Numbered from the stretch's first letter, positions 1 to 7,355 are shown. The stretch: 7,424 nucleotides of DNA from Octopus sinensis (GCF_006345805.1 NW_021828897.1:1-7424); one strand, 5' to 3'. Translations and numbers: made by a program. The notes: generated by a model not told the origin, from the letters alone.

Positions 1-175
1 TGTGTGCGCGCGTGTGCGAGTATGCGAGTGCGCACCAGTGCGTGAGTATGTAATTATACATGCATGTGCGTTTGTGAGTGTGTATGTGCATGTGAGTGCC
101 CGCATGTGCTCGCGCGCATTTGTGCGTGCGTGTATGTGTGCACACATTTGTGTGTGTGTGTGTATGTGTGTGAGA
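1..175. repeat. Degenerate (GT)n/(GC)n microsatellite
   Basis: Alternating tgtgtg/cgtgcg runs, becoming pure (tg)n near 149-171. Confidence 0.9.
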
Positions 176-492
176 GCATGGTTCAAAAGTTTCTCCGGTG
201 TCTTTGCGAACATGGAATGGTCTCCGCCATGAACATGCCTGTTGTATCGAACATCTTCGTGCATCACAGATCTGATAATCTACGCCGGCACCTGAAGTTC
301 TTTGATAATGTTCCTCATAGATTTTCCATAATGTTTTCGTGCCGTAGCTTTATAGTGTCCGATTGTTTAGAATTTTCTTTTCCCTTCGATACATACTTAC
401 CAAAGGCTTCCAGTTCCATCCAATCTTCGAGTACTGAAGATTTTCAGCATTTATAAAGTTGACAATTTCTAAATGGCTGTGTTCCGCACATA

Positions 493-1135
493 CATGGCGG
501 GGCAGAGAGGACGGACGTTTTTGAAAAAATCACAAAATCATTAATTTTAGCTGCAAACAGATTTCATTGCCATCAATGTGTTCGTATTGGATTAGCATTT
601 GTCAGAATCAAGTGTGGAAAACAACATCCATCATGTGGTGTCCGTTTTCATTGATGCATTTCTAAAGATGTTCTAGGAAGTTGGCCTCGATTACCGATGC
701 CAAGTTCGGTGGAATGCCTCCGAATAGTGCGATTCGGACTCCGCATCAAAGCTTGTCTGACGCATTTCACATTTTCCGGGGTCCGTTCCGTTCGTGGCGT
801 CCTCACCGGTCTCCTATTCATTAAGCGTATCTCGTGTACGAAGTGCTTTCACCCAACGTCAGATTGTGTTACGGGTGGGAACTGCCTGACTTCGGCGAAT
901 GTTGAAGTGGCACCGAAACCCAGGTTGCACTGTTGTGACAGACTCGTTATTCTTCGCGTAACTGTCGCAGGCAAACACGCGATGCTCTATCGTCCACAGC
1001 GCCATGGCTTCACATGAAAACAAAAAAAAAATTACTAAGACACTACAGAACGAATGGTACCTGTCGGACATATGTCCCTCCCCCTGGGGCTGAGTAATAG
1101 CCATTTCAAATGTCCGTTCTCTCTGCCCAGACTCG
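493..1135 (-). mobile_element. Internally deleted Tc1/mariner-superfamily element with TIRs and TA duplication
   Basis: gggcagagaggacggac (500-516) matches the reverse complement of 1112-1128 at 16/17, each 7 nt from the element end. TA flanks both sides (491-492, 1136-1137). Removing the element plus one TA restores the host reading frame. Confidence 0.88.
608..1005 (-). pseudogene. DUF4817-type HTH transposase remnant: N-terminus joined to extreme C-terminus, catalytic domain deleted
   Basis: MALWTIEHRVFACDSYAKNNESVTTVQPGFRCHFNIRRSQAVPTRNTI*RWVKALRT, then a frameshift to RRPVRTPRTERTPENVKCVRQALMRSPNRTIRRHSTELGIGNR (to ~687). 682-608 then encodes NFLEHL*KCINENGHHMMDVVFHT*, a typical transposase C-terminus. 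Confidence 0.85.
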
Positions 1136-1175
1136 TATAACTACAATCGCTTCAGTAAGTATCACATCAATGTTA

Positions 1176-1363
1176 TACTCTTTACTCTTTTACTCTTTTA
1201 CTTATTTCAGTCATTTGACTGCGGCCATGCTGGAGCACCACCTTTAGTCGAGCAAATCGACCCCGGGACTTATTCTTTTTGTAAGCCCAGTACTTATTCT
1301 ATCGGTCTCTTTTGCCGAACCGCTAAGTGACGGGGACGTAAACACACCAGCATCGGTTGTCAA
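1176..1363 (-). mobile_element. SINE family A, 5'-truncated 3' fragment with (AAAAGAGT)n-like tail
   Basis: Near-identical reverse complement of 5677-5852. The tail reads tactcttt repeats on the + strand. An 11-bp direct repeat caatcgcttca lies at 1144-1154 and 1361-1371. Confidence 0.9.
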
Positions 1364-1539
1364 TCGCTTCATGCCTTTTCATTTCCTGTGTTGCCATTTT
1401 ATCTGCCATGGCAGATATAAAAACCTCTTGTAACAACTGGACTCCGACTGTTACAGACTTAATTGATTTCAAGAGAATAAAATGCTGACAATTAACTGTC
1501 GTCAAATACCCGCAGTTTGCACCCTGTATATGTATTTAT

Positions 1540-1610
1540 GGCGAGCTTCCACTCAGTTTCCGTCTACCAGATTCACTCACAAGACAATGACCCGAGTGCT
1601 ATTGTATGAG
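1540..1610 (-). mobile_element. SINE family A internal fragment, diverged
   Basis: cagtttccgtctaccagattcactcacaagac matches 4239-4270. Confidence 0.75.
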
Positions 1611-1619
1611 TCAAAGAGC

Positions 1620-1925
1620 CCTCCGTCCCTTACGATGACGAGGGTCACTGTTGAGCCTGCTCGTGAAATTAACGTGCAAGTGGCTGAGCGCTCCACAGAC
1701 CCGCGTACCCTTAACATAGTTCTCCGGGGAGATTCAGGGTGACACAGAATGTGACAAGACTGGCCCTTTGATTTACCGCTACAACTCATTTTTATTTTTA
1801 TTTTTTTGCTGGCTGAGCGGACTGGAGCGACAACAAATAAAGTATCTTACTGAAAGACAGAACGCGCCGTCGGGAATCGAACTCACGACGTTACGATCGT
1901 GAGTTGAATACCTTAAACGCCATCA
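1620..1925 (-). mobile_element. tRNA-derived SINE family B
   Basis: B-box GTTCGATTCCC on the minus strand (1872-1882). The post-head region is shared with family D (4718-4785), and the 3' part is homologous to the + strand fragment at 2434-2540. Confidence 0.8.
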
Positions 1926-1945
1926 CTGTAGAAGTTACAGGGTGG

Positions 1946-2437
1946 AGGTCGGCGAGCTGGCAGAAACGTTAGCACGCCGGGCGAAATGGTTAGCGGTATT
2001 TCGTCTGTGTTACGTTGTGAGTTCAAATTCCGCCGAGGTCGACTTTGCCTTTCATCCTTTCGGGGTCGATAAATTAAGTACCTATTTCTTTATTACCCAC
2101 AAGGGGCTAAACATAGAGGGGACAAACAAGGACAGACATAGGTATTAAGTCGATTACATCGACCCCAGTGCGGAACTGGTACTTAATTTATCGACCCCTG
2201 AAAGGATGAAAGGCAAAGTCAACCTCGGCGGAATTTGAACTCACAACGTAACGACAGACGAAATACCGCTAAGCATTTCATCCGGCGTGCTAACGTTTCT
2301 GCCAGCTCGCCGCCTTAGGAGTCGATAAATTAAGTACCAGTTACACACTGGGCCCGATGTAATCGACTTAATCCCATTGTCTGTCCTTGTTTGTCCCCTC
2401 TGTGTTTAGCCCCTTGTTGGTAGTAAAGAAAGAGGTA
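1946..2437 (+). mobile_element. tRNA-derived SINE family C, host copy split into 1946-2082 and 2321-2437
   Basis: A-box-like tggcagaaacgttagc and B-box-like gagttcaaattcc. Both halves are reverse-complement matches to the inner copy. Tail aaagaaagaggta. Confidence 0.88.
2083..2316 (-). mobile_element. SINE family C, full-length copy inserted antisense in the host copy
   Basis: Flanked by the exact 18-bp duplication gtcgataaattaagtacc (2065-2082, 2321-2338). Complete from head aaggcggcgagctggc to tail aaagaaata(ggta). Confidence 0.9.
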
Positions 2438-2540
2438 CACGTGTCTGTGGAGTACTCAACCACTTGCGCGTTAATTTCACGAACAGGCTCAATTGATCGG
2501 ATCAAGTGGAACCCTCGTCGTCGTAACCGACGGAGAGCCA
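2434..2540 (+). mobile_element. SINE family B 3' fragment
   Basis: ggtacacgtgtctgtggagtactcaaccacttgcgcgttaatttcacgaacaggctcaa is a diverged reverse complement of ~1651-1709. Confidence 0.8.
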
Positions 2541-2749
2541 CGATAATGCTTAATAGTGTTAACAAGACAATGGAGCGTGGAGGGGGGGAGGCTGGCAAAT
2601 CAGGGAGGGCCGTGGTGTCGACGTTGCTGGCTTTCTGCTTGGGGCCATCGGTTGGCCTCAATCCGGTCCTGCATAATGTGTGGATCTGAATTTGCATCAG
2701 TGTGTGTGTGTGTGTGTTTTGATATGTAAAATCTCTACATTGTTACAGT

Positions 2750-3160
2750 CACCACCGTCGTCCCCACCGCCACGATCATCATCGCGATTAGCACCACAAC
2801 GACCACTTCTCCCAGCAGCTCCACCACCATCACCACTACCACCACCACCACTGCCGCCACCACCACCACCGCCACCACCGCCACCACCAACACCACCAAT
2901 ACCACCACCACCACCACCACCACCACCACCACCACCACCACCACCACTACCCCACCACCGCCACCACCACCACCACCACCACCACCAATACCACCACCAC
3001 CACCACCACCACCACCACCACCAATACCACCACCACCACCACCACCACCATCAACACTACCGCTACCACCGTCGTCGCCACCACCACCACCACCACCACC
3101 ACCACCACCACCACCACAACCACCAGCACAACCCCCACCGCCCCCCCACCGTCACCCTAC
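2750..3160. repeat. Long (ACC)n trinucleotide microsatellite with degenerate flanks
   Basis: About 400 bp of accaccacc with scattered variants. Confidence 0.95.
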
Positions 3161-3231
3161 CACAGTCCCAGCCCCAGACCCATCACCTGCATCACAAACA
3201 CTACGACTGGCCCCGTACCCACCATTACCCC

Positions 3232-3304
3232 CGCCGAGTGGCGCAGTGGGAGCGTACTCGGCCCATAAACCCAGAGATCCGTAGATCGAAACTACGCTCT
3301 GCTA
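3232..3304 (+). pseudogene. Degenerate eukaryotic initiator tRNA-Met (CAT)
   Basis: gagtggcgcagtgggagcgt...gcccataaacccagag..cgtagatcgaaactacgctctgcta matches tRNAi-Met. Anticodon CAT at 3264-3266, initiator-type T-loop ATCGAAA, perfect T-stem cgtag/ctacg. Lesions: acceptor 5' strand cgccgag instead of AGCAGAG, a C:C mismatch in the anticodon stem and an extra A in the anticodon loop. Confidence 0.88.
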
Positions 3305-3316
3305 AAGAGTTGGGTC

Positions 3317-3326
3317 TTTTTTTTTT
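3317..3326 (+). terminator. Pol III-type oligo(T) terminator
   Basis: T10 lies 12 nt after the tRNA discriminator base. Confidence 0.6.
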
Positions 3327-3330
3327 CAGC

Positions 3331-3392
3331 GGTGGTGCCCCAGCATGGCCGCGGCCTTCGGGCTAAAACATTTTAAAGGATTTTAAGGATTT
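3331..3392 (+). mobile_element. Short LINE/SINE-type 3' tail
   Basis: 3331-3350 is identical (20/20) to the reverse complement of 4901-4920. It is followed by a stem-loop, aaaca and a (ttttaagga)-like terminal repeat. Confidence 0.8.
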
Positions 3393-3411
3393 ATATATAC
3401 ATATTTATGAA

Positions 3412-3671
3412 CAGGGATGTGTGTGTGCAAAAGTAGGTATACAGTAAGTATCACACCAATGTTGTAACAATCAATTCATTAAAATTATTAGCACATTAAA
3501 TTAATTAGCCTCGTTTTTGATATTTTCAGGGTCATTAATCATAATAATTCATTTATCATAACTATAACAATACTTTCATTGTAACTTTTAATTTTTTTGA
3601 TAAAAATAAATGGGAATTGTACGTGTTTTCTTATTTTTTCATAACTGAATACCTACTTTTGCCCCACCCTG
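3412..3671. mobile_element. ~260-bp Tc1/mariner-type MITE
   Basis: gcaaaagtaggtatacagt (3427-3445) matches the reverse complement of 3644-3662 at 18/19. Termini are caggg...ccctg and the interior is AT-rich and non-coding. The TA flanks are degenerate. Confidence 0.75.
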
Positions 3672-3713
3672 CACTCACTCTCACACACAAACGCACACAC
3701 ACACACACACACA

Positions 3714-3917
3714 CGTGGGCCTGCTGAAAAGCTCTTGGATTTTGGTAAAAGAAAATACAGGAGGATCAATTAGTTTATAATTCGATTCCACACATTCCCC
3801 TCTCACATTCTCACACTTGTTGCAGCGGTCCTTCGGTTTTTCTAAGCCCTGTAAAAGAACTCAGAAGGTTGGGCCTCCAACCAGGCCTTTCTCGACACCC
3901 TTAAAGCCTGGAAATTT
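3714..3917 (-). mobile_element. Non-autonomous mariner derivative retaining transposase C-terminus
   Basis: The minus strand encodes AWLEAQPSEFF / LQGLEKPKDRCNKCENVRGECVE (one frameshift), like the mariner terminal motif GIxKLxxRWxKCIxxxGxYVE. The TIR is weak (3728-3742 vs 3903-3917, 10/15) and the right end abuts (GTAT)n. Confidence 0.7.
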
Positions 3918-3951
3918 GTATGTATGTATGTATGTATGTATGTATGTATGT

Positions 3952-4388
3952 ATTCTCTTTTACTTAAGCATTTAGCTGCGGTCATGCTGGAGCACCGTCT
4001 TTAGTAGAAGAAAACGACCCCAGGACTTATTCTTTGTAAGCCTAGTACTTATTCTATCGTGTTCTTTTGCCGAACCGTTAAGTTTCGGGGTCATAAACAC
4101 ACCGACATCGATTTACAAGCGATGGTAGGGGGACAAACACAGGCACAAACACACAAACAAACACACACACACACAAACAACACACACAAACGCACACACA
4201 TACACACACACACTTATATATAAACGACGGGCTTCTTTCAGTTTCCGTCTACCAAATCCACTCACAAGACTTTGGTCGGCCCGAGGCTGTAGTAGAATTT
4301 ACTTGCCCAAGGTGCCACGCAGTGGGTCTGAACCTGGAACCATGTGGTTGGGAAACATTTTTCTTACCACACAGCCACGCCTACGTCT
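3952..4388 (-). mobile_element. SINE family A, full length, with internal (CA)n/(TA)n tract
   Basis: tRNA-like head (A-box tggctgtgtggtaag, B-box ggttcagaccc), ccttgggcaagt core, internal microsatellite ~4137-4222, and a 3' part matching 1176-1363. Confidence 0.9.
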
Positions 4389-4419
4389 ATACCTTTATAT
4401 ATCAAATATATACCCCTTA

Positions 4420-4456
4420 TACATACGTACATACATACATACATACATACATACAT

Positions 4457-4524
<68 letters not shown>
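4420..4524. repeat. Compound microsatellite (TACA)n(CA)n(TA)n
   Basis: Direct inspection. Confidence 0.95.
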
Positions 4525-4852
4525 GGGTAAAGGGTAAGATTCCTTTCGGTCATGAATGACCAGGGGATTGCATCTAGAAAGTTCCCCTCCAAAGTACAAG
4601 TCCGGGCAAGGTTGTTTATGGAAGGTCAGCAGTTACCCATGCGTCCCCTCTCCACCCCACCGATGTTTACCAAAAGAAAGGCAAAGGGGCCGATACGGTT
4701 TGGCAACCGTGATGTTGCAACTCATTTCTACAACAGAGTAAACTGGGGCAACGTGAAGTAAAGAGTCTTGCTCAAGAACACAACACACAGCTCAGTCCGG
4801 GAATTGTACTCGCTACCTCATGATTGGGAACTCAACACTCTAAATACTGAGC
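4525..4852 (-). mobile_element. tRNA-derived SINE family D (head/core shared with B, different 3' body)
   Basis: caactcatttctacaacagagtaaactggggcaacgtgaagtaaagagtcttgctcaagaacacaac aligns with 1782-1863. Degenerate B-box near 4799-4810. The tail reads gggtaaagggtaa on the + strand. Confidence 0.7.
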
Positions 4853-4871
4853 CTATATATATATATATATA

Positions 4872-5068
4872 TTTGTATCTAGTTTCAGCTCACGAGTTGT
4901 GGCCATGCTGGGGCACCACCATTTGGTTTTGCTACATAATTTTACTTCACAAATGCTTTCTATAATTGACATTTTGTGAATGAGGGAGTCTGATGCTGCT
5001 GCCCTCATCTGCACCTCCTGTCGCGAAGTTGGTTCATCTGGGACACTTCACAGTAAGAGGTCCAGCTT
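4872..5068 (-). mobile_element. 5'-truncated LINE 3' end (ORF2 C-terminus plus tail; CR1/Jockey-group-like)
   Basis: The minus strand from 5068 encodes KLDLLL*SVPDEPTSRQEVQMRAAASDSLIH, like the LDxxLxxVPD(E/Q)P...RAAxSNSL C-terminal motif of these LINEs. It is followed by the tail ggtggtgccccagcatggcc-stemloop-aaac. Confidence 0.7.
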
Positions 5069-5101
<33 letters not shown>

Positions 5102-5138
5102 GTTGTGTGTGTGTGTGTGACAGGGAGAGAGAGAGGGC

Positions 5139-5249
5139 CCGGGTTTAGTTCCACTGTGTGGCCCCTTGGGCAAGTGTCCTCTACCAAAGCCTTGTGAGTG
5201 GATTTGGTAGACGGAAAGTGAAAGAAGCCCGTCATATATAAATAGTATG

Positions 5250-5282
<33 letters not shown>

Positions 5283-5583
5283 CTATATATATAATAATAT
5301 ATTATATAATATATATATATATATTATAATATATGGTACAAAGTAAAATATAGGGTTTATATGAGGGTAACCCACTATGGATATCAGTTATCCATAGGAT
5401 GAAACAGCTGTAAGGAGAAGTTTATTTGTATTATTTTTATTGTATTATTAACTTGCACATTGATATATATTGTTTTGTTCGATTTTCATGTTCCTATTTA
5501 TATAATTAATAAATAATGTGAAATTGTAATATCCGTAAGTTGATGATTGAAATGAATTTGTTCCTCCATTTTCTTATTTGTAT

Positions 5584-5617
<34 letters not shown>

Positions 5618-5852
5618 CATGTGTGTGTGTGCGTGTGTATATATTTGTGTGTCTGTGTTTGTCTCCCCAACATCGCTTGACAACCGATGCTGGTGTATTT
5701 ACGTCCCCATAACTAGCGGTTCGGCAAAAGAGATCGATAGAATAAGTACTAGGCTTACAAAGAATAAGTCCTGGGGTCGATTTGCTCGACTAAAGGCGGT
5801 GCTCTAGCATGGCCACAGTCAAATGACTGAAACAAGTAAAAGAGTAAAAGAT
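5139..5852 (+). mobile_element. SINE family A, head-truncated, interrupted within its internal microsatellite
   Basis: 5139-5233 matches the head/core with an internal deletion. 5640-5852 matches the 3' part with tail aaacaagtaaaagagtaaaaga. It could also be two independent fragments. Confidence 0.82.
5335..5582. other. Unclassified AT-rich insert within (TA)n
   Basis: Non-microsatellite block between two (TA)n tracts inside SINE A, absent from the full-length copy at 3952-4388. Confidence 0.5.
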
Positions 5853-5892
5853 ATATATATATGTATAAAAAATATATATAAAAATATAAAAT

Positions 5893-6207
5893 AGGACAAG
5901 AACGCAAAACACTCAAAGAGACGACGCAAAAAACGGACGGGTCATTTGAAGCCTCTAATCTTCAGTCAAGAACCGGATCATCCGCGCAATTTCGGGTGAT
6001 TAATCTTGAGATCCCTCCAATCTGGCCAGCCCCAAGGAAAAACTAAGCTATGAGCTGGAAAAAGGATCGAATGTATACGAAACAAGGACAGAAAAGCGGA
6101 CGATGCCACACGAATATAAATACAAAAACAATAATAGTAATAACAGGACAAAAACAGCGGGTGTCTTACGACTTTAGACAGTTCAACTTAGCTTACCTGG
6201 CGTATTT
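5893..6207. other. Unclassified island, probably repeat-derived
   Basis: A/purine-skewed block bounded by (TA)n and (AG)n, with no recognisable protein. Confidence 0.3.
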
Positions 6208-6250
6208 GAGAGAGAGAAAGAAAGAGAGAGAGAGAGAGAAAGAGAGAGAG
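6208..6250. repeat. (AG)n/(AAAG)n microsatellite
   Basis: Direct inspection. Confidence 0.9.
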
Positions 6251-6595
6251 TTTGCTGAGATATATACCGTGTTTGCTCTTAGTTCGGTTTCAGACGCCGG
6301 CTAGCACAACGGTCCGTACTTGATGCCCGTGTCTACAATAAGTTGTTAGACATCTGTAGATTTTCTCGTTGGGTAATTCCGAGTGTCCTACTCAGGATTG
6401 CAAAAGTTCTGATGAGTGTAAAATAACATTAATAATAAGGAGAATGATAATTCATTTTGCAGTTGTTTACAACATATTACCGTGACCTACTAGTGGTTCC
6501 ATTGCAGCGGCTACACAGTTGCACATGCAACATCCAGTTTAATTCGAAACAAACCTAAAGTACAGGCCCTGATGAAACTGTTCTGACAATACTGC

Positions 6596-6673
6596 CGCCT
6601 GCCTACCTACCTACCTACCTACCTACCTACCTACATACATACATAATACCTACCTACCTACCTACCTATCTAC

Positions 6674-6755
<82 letters not shown>

Positions 6756-6768
6756 GTCTGTCTGTCTG
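6596..6768. repeat. Compound tetranucleotide microsatellite (GCCT)(ACCT)n(ATCT)n(GTCT)n
   Basis: Direct inspection. Confidence 0.95.
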
Positions 6769-6769
6769 T

Positions 6770-6985
6770 GTTTCGCAGGAAGGATTAGTTCGACGAGACG
6801 TGTTCTGTCCTTACCTTCGAAACACGCTGGAGTTGAACTAGGGACAGTTGATGAAGGGGATTTTCCTTGTGTAGTTGTCTTGTACTCTGTTTTTTCGTTG
6901 TTAAAAAAATGGTCCGTTCCATGCTGTTTTTACGTTTTCGTTTCTCGTTGAGTTCTACGTCTATTTGTGGTGTCCTGTACACGCG
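6770..6985. other. Unclassified island, probably repeat-derived
   Basis: T-rich block between microsatellites, ending in a TA-rich tract. Confidence 0.3.
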
Positions 6986-7120
6986 TATATATATTTATAT
7001 ATGCATGTATATATACACTTAGATGTAGGTACGTACATATATGTTTGTTATGTATGCATATATTTTTTTATTACACTATATATATATAGGATATATTAAT
7101 TATATATATATATCATATAT

Positions 7121-7279
7121 AGGAGTGGGTATGTGGTAAGTAGCTTGCTTCCCAACCATATGTTTTCCGGGTTCAGTCCCACTGCGTGGCACTTAGGCAA
7201 TTGTCTTCTACTATAGCTTCACACAGACAAAAAAGCCTTGTGAGTGGATTTGTTTAGACGGAAACTGAAAGAAGCCGTC
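7121..7279 (+). mobile_element. SINE family A 5' half (tRNA head and core)
   Basis: aggagtgggtatgtggtaag...ggttcagtcccactgcgtggcac...gacggaaactgaaagaagccgtc is the reverse-complement homologue of 4226-4383. Confidence 0.88.
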
Positions 7280-7285
7280 ATATAC

Positions 7286-7319
<34 letters not shown>

Positions 7320-7320
7320 C

Positions 7321-7355
<35 letters not shown>

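Larger units (their letters stand above)
181..1409 (-). pseudogene. Split transposase N-terminus (HTH region) of the host mariner element
   Basis: ATG at 1409 gives MADKMATQEMKRHEAI. After removing the insertions it continues in frame as VVICAEHSHLEIVNFINA. Shifted frames give MELEAFGKYVSKGKENSKQSDTIK and GKSMRNIIKELQVPA*IIRSVMHEDVRY, which resembles the maT-type motif PGKSMRxIAKELxVSxxTIRxxVHEDIRY. Confidence 0.75.
178..1526 (-). mobile_element. Decayed Tc1/mariner DNA transposon (maT/DD37D-like), 5' part, interrupted by two insertions
   Basis: The right end reads TA|CAGGGTGC on the minus strand (1528 downward), a typical Tc1/mariner terminus. Transposase-like peptides lie downstream on the minus strand. 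The other terminus is not seen; homology stops at the microsatellite near 178. Confidence 0.75.

Noticed and set aside
2-456. Plus-strand ORFs 2..232 and 64..456 (also 697..1017)
   Set aside because: Microsatellite translation or antisense to transposase remnants.
2065-2338. Repeated 18-mer as a CRISPR-like repeat
   Set aside because: Fully explained as a TSD plus the homologous site in the inner SINE, in a eukaryotic context.
1482-2697. ORFs at 1482-1789, 1942-2148 and 2368-2697
   Set aside because: They lie in non-coding SINE sequence. The shared peptides (EINxQV, KGLNxEGTNKDR) simply reflect repeat copies.
3232-3304. Functional tRNAi-Met gene
   Set aside because: The A1:U72 pair is lost, the acceptor and anticodon stems have mismatches, and the anticodon loop has 8 nt.
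3287-3304. LTR retrotransposon primer-binding site
   Set aside because: The whole tRNA is present without CCA and no adjacent LTR (TG...CA) is evident.
2680-3366. 228-aa poly-Pro/poly-His ORF and antisense poly-Val ORFs
   Set aside because: Translation of a stop-free (ACC)n microsatellite. It has almost no synonymous codon variation and runs through the tRNA pseudogene.
4303-5807. HTYI/VCMY-rich short ORFs
   Set aside because: Microsatellite and SINE artefacts.
6451-6558. Possible splice acceptor ttcattttgcag and a short exon
   Set aside because: The peptide is not recognisable, there is no convincing donor, and there is no transcript evidence.
6410-6580. ctgatga motifs at ~6410 and ~6569 as hammerhead or C/D-box cores
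   Set aside because: No properly placed stem II-GAAA-stem III or terminal stem could be built.
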